Assembly: GCA_965202625.1 (NCBI GenBank)
Contig: CBDBBI010000010.1
Coordinates: 416,001-480,000 of the forward strand
DNA length: 64,000 nucleotides
Direction: 5' to 3'
Source of the DNA: a bacterium
GTDB taxonomy: Bacteria; UBA8248
Both the position numbers and the translations under genes were made by a program. Each line of letters starts with the position of its first letter. The stretch's first letter is position 1. Shown here piece after piece: positions 1 to 9,926 of this stretch. The notes below the pieces were generated by a model that saw nothing but the letters and a program-made list of their open reading frames with translations, was not told the origin of the DNA and ran no database searches.

Positions 1-99
1 AACAAGGGGGCGATTATCGTGCCCAAGCATGAGGATGAGGCTGAATACATGACGCCGTTTATGCACGAATTTGTGACATCGCCCCTTCGCGCGTATTAG
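1..99 (+). CDS. 3' end of an unidentified CDS truncated by the window edge
   Basis: Frame 1 is open from base 1 to TAG at 97-99 (NKGAIIVPKHEDEAEYMTPFMHEFVTSPLRAY) and is followed by a terminator-like hairpin. Confidence 0.55.
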   Translation, partial: NKGAIIVPKHEDEAEYMTPFMHEFVTSPLRAY

Positions 100-119
100 G
101 ATAGGATTCCCATCGGCTC

Positions 120-148
120 CTCCCCCAATTCGGGGGAGTTTTCTTTTG
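120..148 (+). terminator. Rho-independent terminator
   Basis: CTCCCCC-aattc-GGGGGAG stem-loop (120-138) followed by TTTTCTTTT. Confidence 0.7.
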
Positions 149-288
149 GGTTCACTCCTTGACGCCGTATTGAGGCTTGGGTAGCGTTTTACGTGAGAGA
201 AGCTCTGTCGTCTCTTGCAGAGAGTTTGATGATGTTGGGGGTTTGTTCATCCATCTCCACTGAGCAAGTCGAAAGGGGAGGAAATTCA

Positions 289-2520
289 TTGCCTCCATTT
301 TTGACGGCACGCCCACCCGCTCGAATTATGGACATCATCGATCTGGTCGAGGAATACGCGCCTGACTGCTCGCAATTACTCACCAAAGCTTATATCTTTA
401 CGGCGAAGGTCCATAGAGGCCAATCTCGCATTTCCGGAGAACCCTACATCTCCCATCCGTTGGAAGTGGCCCGCATTTTGGCGGAGTTGCGCCAGGATCC
501 GGAAACGGTATGCGCCGGATTGCTGCACGATACCTTAGAGGACACCTCGACGACGGGTAAAGAGATTGAAGCGCATTTCGGAGAGCAAGTAATGGAGCTC
601 GTGGATGGCGTCACGAAGCTGGCGAAAATCGACATCTCCAATACCCAAGTTCGGCAGGCGGAAAATTATCGAAAGATGCTGATCGCCATGGCGAAAGATA
701 TTCGGGTCATTATCATTAAGCTTGCGGACAGGCTCCATAATGCGCTTACGCTTCACCATCTTCCCCAAAAAAGAAGGGAACGCATTGCGAGAGAGACAGC
801 GGAAATATATGCGCCGCTCGCCAATCGCATCGGGATTGGCTGGCTTAAAGGGGTTTTGGAGGAGGTGGCGTTCAAACATTTGCACCCCAAGGAATTCCTT
901 GAAATTGACGAGATGCTACGCGATGGACTGGAAGACCGAGAAGCCTACATGGAGCGCGTTATTGCAAAAGTGAACGAAAGTATCGAGGAGGGAGGCGTCA
1001 TCGGCAAGGCGTCTGCGAGGTTCAAGCTTCATTACAGTATTTATGAGAAAATGCAGACGCAAAATCTCGATTTCCACCAGGTATATGATATTTGTGGCGT
1101 GAGAATCATCGTGAATGACGTGAAGGACTGCTATGCGGTGTTGGGGGTTTTGCACTCCAAGTGGACTCCCATCCCCGGACGCTTCAAGGATTATATCGCT
1201 TTGCCCAAGGCGAATTTGTACCAATCTCTCCACACCACGGTTGCGGGGCCAGAGGGACAAAGGGTGGAGTTCCAGATCCGGACGAAAGAGATGCACCGGG
1301 TAGCGGAAGAGGGCATTGCCGCGCATTGGAAGTATAAGGAAGGCGATGACGTCAACGACGACATGGTGGATAAGTTCGAGTGGATCAGGAGGATCGTCGA
1401 AAGCTTGAACGAGGAGTCCGACCCCCGGAATTTGGTCAACTCCGTAAAAGTGAATTTATTCCAGGACGAGGTGTTTGTTTTTACGCCCAGGGGTGAGGTG
1501 AAAAGTTTGCCGCGCGGGGCGACACCAGTCGATTTTGCTTTCTCTATCCATACAGAGGTGGGCAGGCACTGCGTGGGCGCGAAGATCAACGGAAAAGTCG
1601 CGCCACTACGCGCCCTCCTTGAGAATGGAGACATCGTTGAGATCATCACGAATCCGCACCGAAAACCCAGCGCCGACTGGATGAAATTCGTTGTCACCGC
1701 CAGGGCGAAGCAAAAAATTAGAAATTGGATCAAACAAGAGCAGAAAGAGCGCTCTCTCACTCTCGGCCGAGAGTTGCTGGAACATGAACTGGAGAGGTGT
1801 GTGGAGAGTTCCTCCACCTATATGGAGCCGAAGAAATTGAAGGAAGCGGCGCGATTCTTTGAGGCGCAAAGCGATGAGGACTTGTTGGTGTCAGTTGGTT
1901 TTGGGCGCGTATCCGCGCGTCAGGTCGCCCATAAGTTGTTGCCGGAAAAAATGGTGCACGAACGAGAGAGAAAGGAGAAATCTCGCCTCAGACGCCTGGT
2001 GAATCGTGTGAGTCGTCATAAAAACAAAATGGGCATCCACGTCAAAGGCCAGCAGGATGATGTGTTGATTCGCTATGCGAAGTGCTGCGCTCCGATTCCG
2101 GGAGATGAAATCGTTGGTTTTATCACCCGAGAACACGGGGTGACCGTGCACAACGAGAATTGCCTGAACATAAAGACGTTGATGGATGAGCAAGAGCGCT
2201 TGGTAGAAGTTTCTTGGGGCGAGATTGATAAAGATCAGAGGCACACGGTAACGCTCGTGGTGAAGGCGCATGACAGACCGGGTGTCTTGGCCGGTCTTAG
2301 CACCGCCGTCGCCGCTTGCGGAGCGAACATCTCGCGCGTCACGGCCGATGTTTCTGACGAGAAGGCGGGAATTCGCCTGGATGTGCAGGTACGTGATCTC
2401 TCCCATCTAAAGGACGTCATCAAAAAAATTCGAGATGAGAAATTAATTATCTCTGTGAACCGAATCGCTCCTGAGGCGGCTTCTCGCGAAGGACAGGTTC
2501 CGAAAATTCCCTCTGGTTAG
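289..2520 (+). CDS. spoT: Bifunctional (p)ppGpp synthetase/hydrolase (RelA/SpoT homologue)
   Basis: HD hydrolase motifs (GEPYISHP, LLHDTLEDT), synthetase motifs (RFKDYIALPKANLYQSLHT, EFQIRT), TGS domain (GATPVDFAFSIHTEVG) and C-terminal ACT (DRPGVLA). Start placed at TTG 289, downstream of GGAGGA at 277-282. Confidence 0.95.
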   Translation: MPPFLTARPPARIMDIIDLVEEYAPDCSQLLTKAYIFTAKVHRGQSRISGEPYISHPLEVARILAELRQDPETVCAGLLHDTLEDTSTTGKEIEAHFGEQVMELVDGVTKLAKIDISNTQVRQAENYRKMLIAMAKDIRVIIIKLADRLHNALTLHHLPQKRRERIARETAEIYAPLANRIGIGWLKGVLEEVAFKHLHPKEFLEIDEMLRDGLEDREAYMERVIAKVNESIEEGGVIGKASARFKLHYSIYEKMQTQNLDFHQVYDICGVRIIVNDVKDCYAVLGVLHSKWTPIPGRFKDYIALPKANLYQSLHTTVAGPEGQRVEFQIRTKEMHRVAEEGIAAHWKYKEGDDVNDDMVDKFEWIRRIVESLNEESDPRNLVNSVKVNLFQDEVFVFTPRGEVKSLPRGATPVDFAFSIHTEVGRHCVGAKINGKVAPLRALLENGDIVEIITNPHRKPSADWMKFVVTARAKQKIRNWIKQEQKERSLTLGRELLEHELERCVESSSTYMEPKKLKEAARFFEAQSDEDLLVSVGFGRVSARQVAHKLLPEKMVHERERKEKSRLRRLVNRVSRHKNKMGIHVKGQQDDVLIRYAKCCAPIPGDEIVGFITREHGVTVHNENCLNIKTLMDEQERLVEVSWGEIDKDQRHTVTLVVKAHDRPGVLAGLSTAVAACGANISRVTADVSDEKAGIRLDVQVRDLSHLKDVIKKIRDEKLIISVNRIAPEAASREGQVPKIPSG

Positions 2521-2644
2521 ACGCATCGCCGTCGAACTGATGAATGATGTAACGTATTGCGCCAGAACCCCTCAGACAGCGAAAAAAGAGCAAGAAATCG
2601 AGAATGCATTTTCATAAACCAACGATGTATAATATAGGCGTGAT

Positions 2645-3328
2645 TTGCTGAATCACTCATGGGAAATGACCATTCACGAGGCTATTCAGACCCAAAAGGC
2701 ACTTCAAGGGCGCGTGGTCCTGAACTCGCTCCTCACCTCGCCAGCAACCATTGCGGGGGCGGACGTTTCATGTGAATGGCGCGGTGGCTCAGGCGTTGGC
2801 GGCATGGTCGTTTTCTCTTATCCAGACATGCGGGTTGTCGACGAATCATTTTGTGGTGGGGAATTGCAGTTCCCTTACGTGCCTGGGCTGCTCTCTTTTC
2901 GGGAAGGGTTTTTGCTTGAAAAAGCTTTTGGGGGACTGCGCAAAAAGCCGGACCTCATTATTTTCGACGGCCAAGGCGTGGCGCATCCCAGAGGACTCGG
3001 CATCGCTTCACACTTGGGGCTGCGTTTGGGTTTGCCTTGTATAGGATGTGCGAAAAGCCGTTTGTTTGGCGATTCCTTCAAGACGCTGGGTGGGGAGAAA
3101 GGAGACTGGCAATACCTGTATGCACCAGACGGACGGGAGATAGGGGCCGTTCTTAGAACTAGAAGGGGCGTGAAGCCCGTCTATTTATCCCCGGGCCACC
3201 TTGTCAATATTGAAGATGCGGTTCATTGGGTGCTGAAAACCACCTCCCGGTATCGCCTTCCCGATGTGATACGCACAGCCCACAAGCGCGTCAATGAAGA
3301 GAGGGTAAGACAAAAAAGACAAAAGTAG
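2645..3328 (+). CDS. nfi: Endonuclease V (deoxyinosine 3' endonuclease)
   Basis: Motifs AGADVS, FPYVPGLLSFRE, DGQGVAHPRGLGIASHLG, IGCAKSRL and KPVYLSPGH. Confidence 0.95.
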   Translation: MLNHSWEMTIHEAIQTQKALQGRVVLNSLLTSPATIAGADVSCEWRGGSGVGGMVVFSYPDMRVVDESFCGGELQFPYVPGLLSFREGFLLEKAFGGLRKKPDLIIFDGQGVAHPRGLGIASHLGLRLGLPCIGCAKSRLFGDSFKTLGGEKGDWQYLYAPDGREIGAVLRTRRGVKPVYLSPGHLVNIEDAVHWVLKTTSRYRLPDVIRTAHKRVNEERVRQKRQK

Positions 3329-3355
3329 AGCAAAAAACGGGGATAGAGACGCCGG

Positions 3356-6229
3356 TTATCCTGAGGAGGCACCCACTCTGGTTTCTTTCGGTTGAGCGGG
3401 CAGCGCGAAGTTATTTTCCATCATCAGGTAATCACGAATCGCGCGGATTTGCCGGTAAGCGTCTCCTCCGAGCGTCTCTTCGTCAATGGGTTCGCCGTGG
3501 CTCTCTATCACCCCTTTGTCGATTGTTTTTCCGAGATCGGAGGGTGAAGCGATAGTCACCTTTCTCTCGTCAATGCCCATCACCTTGACGAGATGGGTGT
3601 TGCCTCCAATTCTCAAGGTGGCGAATTGCTCCTCTGCCAATTCAGCTTCTTTCTTGGTCTCGAGGTTGTAGGTGAATTGACCGTTCTCCTGCTCCCCCCG
3701 CTCCCCTTTGACGACCTCGGCCTGAATTCCTGCGCCTTCAAAGAAGTTCGGCATCTTGGTTCCCGGCTGGAGTTTGCCCGGGCTCACCAGCCAATCCACT
3801 ATCCAGTCGGAGCGCAGGCGGTTTTTGGCGAACGACAGGTTCGGTGCCGTAGGGGGTTCCTGTCCTTCTGGAGGTGGCCATTCCCCATGACATGACAGGC
3901 ACTCCGCCTTTGTGAACAATTCTTTTCCGGCCTTGAAGATTTTCGCGCTTATTTTTTCCCTGTCAAAATGGGTATAGGGTCGAAGTTTTGAGTCAAGCGC
4001 GGCGAAGTAATCCACAAGCGCGGCGGCATCTTCCGCCGGCATTTGGAAACTCGGCATCCGAACCTTCAACCAGGGTCTAAGAGGCACGACGTTTCGCAGG
4101 AAGCCGAAGAACCAGTCGGGCTGCACCTTCTTGCCCTCGCCGTTCAACAAGGGCGGGCCATTCGTTTTCTCCTGATAACGCCGAAGTAGGTTGCCCCCCC
4201 AGTTTTCAATCACGTGACAACCGGTGCAGTTATATTTCTCGATCATCCGACGGCCTTTTTCGACGCGCTTGGCGCGGGCATCCAGTTTGGCGTGGACGCT
4301 GTGCGGCACCCCATGAGGAGTCATAGAGCGGAGCAGGGTGCGTATAGCGGAGACTTCCGCGTCTGTGAACTCAAAGTTCGGCATGAGGAGGGTTTGGCGC
4401 TCCGTTTGATAAATTTGGGGATTTTTCAGCTTACCGAACGTCCACGCCTCCCAAGTATGGGGCATATCCACCACATTTCCGAACGAAATTTCAAACGGCT
4501 TTTTGGCGGCGAAACGAGTCAGGTTGGGCCCGATTTTAGAGAGATTCTCCGTGCCGGGGATGACGTGGCAGCCGAAACAGCCGCGGGTCGCCACGAGTTT
4601 CTTCCCTCGTTCGTACGAAGCGGAGTCTCCCAGTTTTTGGGGTTGCGATCGCATTGAGAGGGGTGTGAGGCTAATGAGATAAGACGTGAGCGCGTCCGCT
4701 TCCGCATTCGAGAGACGAAGGCTGGGCATTTTGGTATCATGCCAATACGATTTAGGGTTTTTTAGCCACCGGCGCAGCCAATCGGGTTGAACCTTCGCGC
4801 CAATTTTTTGTAAGGCCGGGGCGAAATCCCGATTGCGATAAACGATCGGCCTTCCATTCACACCTTTCAAGGGGGGGGCCGGGTTCAGGTCTTTTTCATT
4901 GCGAATGTGGCATCCCAGACACCCAACGGACGAAAAGATGGATTTTCCCTTCTTGATCTGAGCGGGGTCGTCCAAATTCGCAACCTCCGTCGACTCCACT
5001 TTTCGCTTGCCTTGTCGCCAGACGTATGTGGCGATGTCAAACGCCTCTTGTTCGGTCAGGCTGAAGTAGGGCATGCGGGTTCGCGGGTTATAGTCTTTTG
5101 GTTTGTTGATCCATGATACGAGCCAGGCAGGCGTTACTTTTTCCTGAATTCTAGACAGGTCCGGCCCTACTTTGCGCAACCCTTCCGTCCCTGGAAGGGT
5201 GTGGCAGCCGTTGCATCCCATCTCCCGAACGATAGATATTCCACGCGAAATCTTGGGTGCTTCAGGAATGTTGAACACCTCGGTGTGGCAGCTTCTGCAT
5301 TTGGTTTGGATTTCGCGGCCGTGAAGAAGGGGGTCTTCCCAAAATTCCACGTGGCCATGGGCTTTATCGACGCTGGTGACGGCTGTTCCCTGCCCACCGT
5401 GGCAAAGCGTGCAACCGACCTTGTTGAACTCGTGCTTCGAGAGGTAAAGACGCCTTTTCGGATGGGTGCGGAATGGTTGGGGTGCCTTTTCAAAACCCGC
5501 CCTATTGATTCCCAGATGACACGTTTGGCATCGCTCTACCTTCATGACCGGCTCGTTGAAATTGTTTCGCTCATATTCGCGCAGGACGATCTGGTTGATG
5601 TCATACGTGCGGCTTACGATGCTCTTGAGACGCCTCTCCTGAAAGGATATTGTGCTCGCTACATTTCGTCTCATCGCTTCAAGCGTTTTCAGTTCTTTTC
5701 GTTTGGACGAGATCTTCGCTTTTATCGCGTCTCTCGTGGCTTCCGCCCTTTCAGCGATGGGTTTGATCTGGTCGAGTTGGGCTTTGGCTTCATCAACTTC
5801 CCTTTGTTCGGCTTCTTTGTCGTGCCCTTGTCGAATGGCCTCCTGGAGATAGAAATAGGACTGATCAAAAAGGGCTTTTCTAAAGCCGAGTTCCTGAACT
5901 TTCTCGAAGGCGTCGAGTTCGCTTTTGGCGAGTTCCTCGTTGAGAGTCGCGAGTTCTTGATCCTCGGCGAGTTTTTGTTTTTGGGCGGCAATTTTCTGGT
6001 CGAGCTCGGAAATCTTGGCCCCGGTTGATTCCCTGAGCCTAGTGAGGTCCGCCTCTACGAGAGTTTTCTCATAGGAGTTGAACCGCTTTTGATATTGCTT
6101 CCATGGCCTGCGCGTGAACGCCTCGTCCCATACCGTCCAGAACGTGATAGCGACCATAATGAGACCCAGAATGAAAAACGGAATAGGGCTGGTTTTCTCT
6201 TCCGGGGGTTTGAAGTCTCGACCTTGCAT
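3356..6229 (-). CDS. Membrane-anchored multiheme cytochrome c (8 CXXCH motifs) with N-terminal TM helix and coiled coil
   Basis: CQTCH, CTLCH, CRSCH, CNGCH, CLGCH, CFGCH, CTGCH and CLSCH; repeated GPDL...WL..P...MP class I cytochrome c units; hydrophobic segment PIPFFILGLIMVAITFWTVW. Start moved to ATG 6229 because a promoter lies within the longer called ORF. Confidence 0.9.
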   Translation of the reverse strand: MQGRDFKPPEEKTSPIPFFILGLIMVAITFWTVWDEAFTRRPWKQYQKRFNSYEKTLVEADLTRLRESTGAKISELDQKIAAQKQKLAEDQELATLNEELAKSELDAFEKVQELGFRKALFDQSYFYLQEAIRQGHDKEAEQREVDEAKAQLDQIKPIAERAEATRDAIKAKISSKRKELKTLEAMRRNVASTISFQERRLKSIVSRTYDINQIVLREYERNNFNEPVMKVERCQTCHLGINRAGFEKAPQPFRTHPKRRLYLSKHEFNKVGCTLCHGGQGTAVTSVDKAHGHVEFWEDPLLHGREIQTKCRSCHTEVFNIPEAPKISRGISIVREMGCNGCHTLPGTEGLRKVGPDLSRIQEKVTPAWLVSWINKPKDYNPRTRMPYFSLTEQEAFDIATYVWRQGKRKVESTEVANLDDPAQIKKGKSIFSSVGCLGCHIRNEKDLNPAPPLKGVNGRPIVYRNRDFAPALQKIGAKVQPDWLRRWLKNPKSYWHDTKMPSLRLSNAEADALTSYLISLTPLSMRSQPQKLGDSASYERGKKLVATRGCFGCHVIPGTENLSKIGPNLTRFAAKKPFEISFGNVVDMPHTWEAWTFGKLKNPQIYQTERQTLLMPNFEFTDAEVSAIRTLLRSMTPHGVPHSVHAKLDARAKRVEKGRRMIEKYNCTGCHVIENWGGNLLRRYQEKTNGPPLLNGEGKKVQPDWFFGFLRNVVPLRPWLKVRMPSFQMPAEDAAALVDYFAALDSKLRPYTHFDREKISAKIFKAGKELFTKAECLSCHGEWPPPEGQEPPTAPNLSFAKNRLRSDWIVDWLVSPGKLQPGTKMPNFFEGAGIQAEVVKGERGEQENGQFTYNLETKKEAELAEEQFATLRIGGNTHLVKVMGIDERKVTIASPSDLGKTIDKGVIESHGEPIDEETLGGDAYRQIRAIRDYLMMENNFALPAQPKETRVGASSG

Positions 6230-6292
6230 CGCGAAGAAACGCTCCTGACATCCTGAGCGGAAGTTGTTCTTCTGTCTCTCAAAATCAGGCTG

Positions 6293-6321
6293 ATTATAGG
6301 TAGGGGGGGAGCGGGCGTCAA
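6293..6321 (-). promoter_or_regulatory. Near-consensus sigma70 promoter for the multiheme cytochrome gene
   Basis: Minus strand reads TTGACG-17 nt-TATAAT. Confidence 0.7.
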
Positions 6322-6406
6322 CCGCAAGGCGAATGGTTTTCACTTCGCTCGACGCCACGCGGAGATGGGGCATTTGACGAAGGCGCGTAGCGTGCCATCG
6401 CCGAGA

Positions 6407-9400
6407 TTATGCGTTTTGGCTGCGGATGATGTTGGCGAGTTGTCCGATGATGGATATGGAGATGCTAGGATGTTCATGGATCAACTGCAAAAGGGGGTCT
6501 TTCTCGATGCCTAACAACGAAGTGTCCTGGCTTGCGCGCGCGCCTGCGCTTCTACCCTCGTCGCCAAACAGCGCGATTTCACCGAACGAGGCGTTGGGGC
6601 CAAGCGTGGTCAATATCCTTGTCGCCCTGTTCGCCTGGTTGAGCGTGATTTCGATTTCCCCATCGACGATGACGTAGAGGTAATCACAGGGATCGCCTTG
6701 CTCGAAAAGCGCCTTCCCCGCTTGTATCTGGATTTCCCTGGAAATGTTGCTCAATATCTTGAGTTCGTCCGCGCTCATCGTCTCGAACATGTTGACGCCT
6801 TTCAAGAAGAGGGCTTTCTCGATGGTCGAGAGCATGGTTTTCTCCTGTATGGGTGTGTTTGCGCCGGATTTTTCGTGACGGCCGAGCGCGCGGCACGCCT
6901 GAACGCGCACCAATTCCTCCGAGTCGTTCTCCGCGACTCTCAAAAATTCATCCACGCCATCCCCATCTTTCCTGATCATTCTCAAGGCGGCAACCGCGGC
7001 CTCTCGGATGAACGGATCCTCGTCCGTCGTTCGCCCTTTGAGTGGGGTGGACCAAGTGGCGGTGGATTCACGCCCCAGGTGCTCAAGATATTTTCCCGCC
7101 GCGTCAATGGCGATGGCCTGCAACCACACGTTCTTGGAATTCATGTATGTCCTTAGCACTTCGTCAATGGATTTATCGGGGATTTCCCAGAGTTTTTTCC
7201 CCTCAGAGATTCTCTCGGCGGTCGATCTGCCCAAAAGCAGAGGTTCGAGGGCCAGAATAAGAAGTCGCGTGTTTCCGATGGAGGAGAAGTTCGAGAGCGT
7301 CTCTATGGCAATCGCCCTTGAGGAGGAGCCCCCCTGGGTCAGGGACGCCGCCACGGTGTCCACCGTTTTTTCATCCCCAATCACCCCCAACAACTCGAGC
7401 AGGACGATTTGTCTTTCCGCCACGACGTCGTCCAGCGCTTTTCTCAGCATGATGAAAGGAGATGCGTTTTTTTGTCGTTCGATGACGTGGAGATGGTTAA
7501 TGACGTCGTATACTTCCTTGAGGTGTTCTACGGCGAATGCGGACAGGGATTCGACGATTCCCTCCGCGCTCATCTCGCGGGAGCCGTTTTTCGCGCCCCT
7601 GAGCAACAGCGGGGCCAGAAAGGAAAGCGCGCCAGAGCCTTCAAGAGAGAGAGTCCCTCTTCGCTTCATCTCTTTCAGCGCGTTGATGGCTTGCCTTCTT
7701 ACCAGAGAGTCGATGTCGGACAGAGCGCGCAAGGCGCGCTCAAAGTTCTCCGGCGTCCCCCTGTCGCCCAATTGTCGAACGCCTCTACGCCGAATCGCCG
7801 CGCTTTTGTCGGATATGGCGGTTCGGATGATTTCTTCCATCTTCTCCTCGTCAACTCCCTGATTGATGGCCAATGATTCTATCGCTTCCAGTGCGGTCTC
7901 GCGGACTGCTTCCTCCTCCTTATAGAGATAGGGAACAAGTTGTCTGATGAATCGCGGATTTTGGAGTTCTCCGATGCATCGCAAGGCGCAAACCCTGGAC
8001 ACCGTGTTTTCCTCGTTGAGCATTTGATGCAGCGTTTGCAAACCATTGGCGAGCCAGAACAGATCGTCAGAGCGCACGAGCAGCTGCACCGCGCGCGCCT
8101 TGACTTGCGGGGATTCGCTCTCCAAATTCTCATGCACTAGATCCGCAGTCTCTTCGGTCAGCCCGATTGCTTCGGCCGCATCCATGGCGGCGCATTGAAC
8201 GTCCGGGTATTCCGACCTCATATACGTCTCAAGCAAAGCCCGCATTTCTTCGCTTTCCTTGGCCTGTGGAGTTTGGGCGAGAATTTTTAACAATTCACCG
8301 GCCGCGTATCCTTCTCTCCTAGGAATTTCCTCCAGAATCATGTGGAAGGTTTCTTTTCTGCCGGCACCGGCCATCATCTGAGCGGTGAACACGCAAAGAT
8401 CGTCGTCCCCATTGCGTATGTTTTTTCTCAATATCGCCATGCTCTCGTCGTCAATAGGACCGAACCCTTCCTGAGCGTAGCGAAACAGCCCCAAGTTGCG
8501 CTCCTCCAACATTTTGCGCAGCGCGGCGCCGTATTCACGGCGAACGATGAAGCCGGTGGCTAGGTAGGCGAACGCGATGAAAAGGGAGATGAGCGCTACC
8601 CAACCCAAGCTGAGGGGGAAAATGGAGAGGCCGGTTGGCTTGATGATGAGCAGGACGACGCCACTGACGATACTGGCCATGGCAACCACTTGTCCCGCGA
8701 CGAACGCGCCCACCCGCGCGCGGATGGAAGGGGAAACGGCGTTATACAGCAGGGCGTTGATGGCGTTTCGAATGGATTCCTGAAGGTTCTTGTTGTTGAA
8801 TCGCAAAAAAACGGCCGAATAGAATCCGGGGGAGATCGCCATGCCGAGAAGTCCGACGATGGTAGTCATCGGATAGATGAGATTCGCGGTGCCAAGGCCC
8901 AGACGTCTGATGACGCGGGGGGTGATGAACGTCTGAATCAAGAGAGATAGGGAACTTCCGATGGCGGTAAAATACCCAAGAAAGGAGGCGAGTTGCGCGC
9001 GGTCGGAAAAGACTTCGCGAAAGATGAGGCTGTATTGAAAGTCCTGAAAACTTCTGAGAATGACCACGATGAAACTGAACAGTGCGAATGCACAAACGTA
9101 TCTGTTCGTTTTAATGAGCGTGAGATTGCTTTCCCTAGACGCCGCCCTCGTCGTCTTGCGTTTTTTAGGGACTGCGCTCTCAATGAGACGATCCCGAAGG
9201 CGCCATTCGACGTATTGCACCACGCCGATACTGATGACGATGGTCGCAATCCAAACGTAAAGCAGGTTCGTGACGCTTCCCATAATGGGAATGAGCAGTG
9301 GGATGGACAAACCGCCTAGAATGCCCCCGTAGCGTCCTCCCGTCAGGATAATCGGAACCAGTCGCTTCGATTGCAAGACATCGAGATACTGCCCATATAA

Positions 9401-9805
9401 GGCGCGAAAATTGTTCGGAAGCATGTTTGTGAATATGACGAACAGGGTGTGGAGAAGCGGGAATGCGATGGGCATCGCATAGGCGCGTATGTCGGCGAAG
9501 ATGAGTAGTTTGATGCCGAATATAAGGACGATAAAGAACGCCAAAACAGATTTAAACATGGATGGAATGGATAATTTTTGGGTGAGAGAGGAGTAGAAGG
9601 CACTGATGAAAATGATTATAAGGGCGTTGAATATGTACATGTAGGGGAGGAAACCCGGGCCGACTTCAGATAGGAACAATGCTTCGGATACAGTGAGGCC
9701 GATGGAGAATTGCACCCCGATCAGGAAATAAAACGAAAAGAACACGCCGAAGACGAGCAATTCTTCGGGGTGGATGTTAAACGCTTTTCTTAGGAACTTC
9801 GCCAT
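6407..9805 (-). CDS. Npt1/Npt2 (TLC/MFS-like) transporter fused to HEAT repeats and a C-terminal cyclic-nucleotide-binding domain
   Basis: N-terminal ~430 aa with about 12 hydrophobic helices (LFLSEVGPGFLPY, QSKRLVPII); HEAT-like repeats (VKARAVQLL, VRETALEAI, VRRQAINAL, IREAAVAAL); cNMP domain (LFEQGDPCDYLYVIVDGEI, FGEIALF, RSAGA). Confidence 0.85.
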   Translation of the reverse strand: MAKFLRKAFNIHPEELLVFGVFFSFYFLIGVQFSIGLTVSEALFLSEVGPGFLPYMYIFNALIIIFISAFYSSLTQKLSIPSMFKSVLAFFIVLIFGIKLLIFADIRAYAMPIAFPLLHTLFVIFTNMLPNNFRALYGQYLDVLQSKRLVPIILTGGRYGGILGGLSIPLLIPIMGSVTNLLYVWIATIVISIGVVQYVEWRLRDRLIESAVPKKRKTTRAASRESNLTLIKTNRYVCAFALFSFIVVILRSFQDFQYSLIFREVFSDRAQLASFLGYFTAIGSSLSLLIQTFITPRVIRRLGLGTANLIYPMTTIVGLLGMAISPGFYSAVFLRFNNKNLQESIRNAINALLYNAVSPSIRARVGAFVAGQVVAMASIVSGVVLLIIKPTGLSIFPLSLGWVALISLFIAFAYLATGFIVRREYGAALRKMLEERNLGLFRYAQEGFGPIDDESMAILRKNIRNGDDDLCVFTAQMMAGAGRKETFHMILEEIPRREGYAAGELLKILAQTPQAKESEEMRALLETYMRSEYPDVQCAAMDAAEAIGLTEETADLVHENLESESPQVKARAVQLLVRSDDLFWLANGLQTLHQMLNEENTVSRVCALRCIGELQNPRFIRQLVPYLYKEEEAVRETALEAIESLAINQGVDEEKMEEIIRTAISDKSAAIRRRGVRQLGDRGTPENFERALRALSDIDSLVRRQAINALKEMKRRGTLSLEGSGALSFLAPLLLRGAKNGSREMSAEGIVESLSAFAVEHLKEVYDVINHLHVIERQKNASPFIMLRKALDDVVAERQIVLLELLGVIGDEKTVDTVAASLTQGGSSSRAIAIETLSNFSSIGNTRLLILALEPLLLGRSTAERISEGKKLWEIPDKSIDEVLRTYMNSKNVWLQAIAIDAAGKYLEHLGRESTATWSTPLKGRTTDEDPFIREAAVAALRMIRKDGDGVDEFLRVAENDSEELVRVQACRALGRHEKSGANTPIQEKTMLSTIEKALFLKGVNMFETMSADELKILSNISREIQIQAGKALFEQGDPCDYLYVIVDGEIEITLNQANRATRILTTLGPNASFGEIALFGDEGRSAGARASQDTSLLGIEKDPLLQLIHEHPSISISIIGQLANIIRSQNA

Positions 9806-9874
9806 TTCGAATCACTTGTAGGCGAGGGATGAGGATGCGCGCGAGTCCACCCCCAAAGGTTCTAGGGATAGGTC

Positions 9875-9926
9875 GATAATCAAAAGATTGATTCTAACTT
9901 GATAATCAAAAGACTGATTCTAACTT
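9875..9926. repeat. 26-bp tandem direct repeat (two copies, one mismatch)
   Basis: GATAATCAAAAGATTGATTCTAACTT (9875-9900) followed directly by GATAATCAAAAGACTGATTCTAACTT (9901-9926). Confidence 0.9.

Noticed and set aside
1-288. Canonical rpoZ upstream of spoT
   Set aside because: The upstream partial CDS shows no omega motif and is separated from spoT by a terminator.
6230-6373. N-terminal extension of the cytochrome ORF (and similar extensions called for spoT, ccmE, Ldh_2 38360 and ATPase 60179)
   Set aside because: These overlap promoters or neighbouring genes; downstream starts fit the family N-termini better.
9875-9926. Possible mini CRISPR array
   Set aside because: Two abutting copies with no spacer and no cas genes; it is a tandem duplication.
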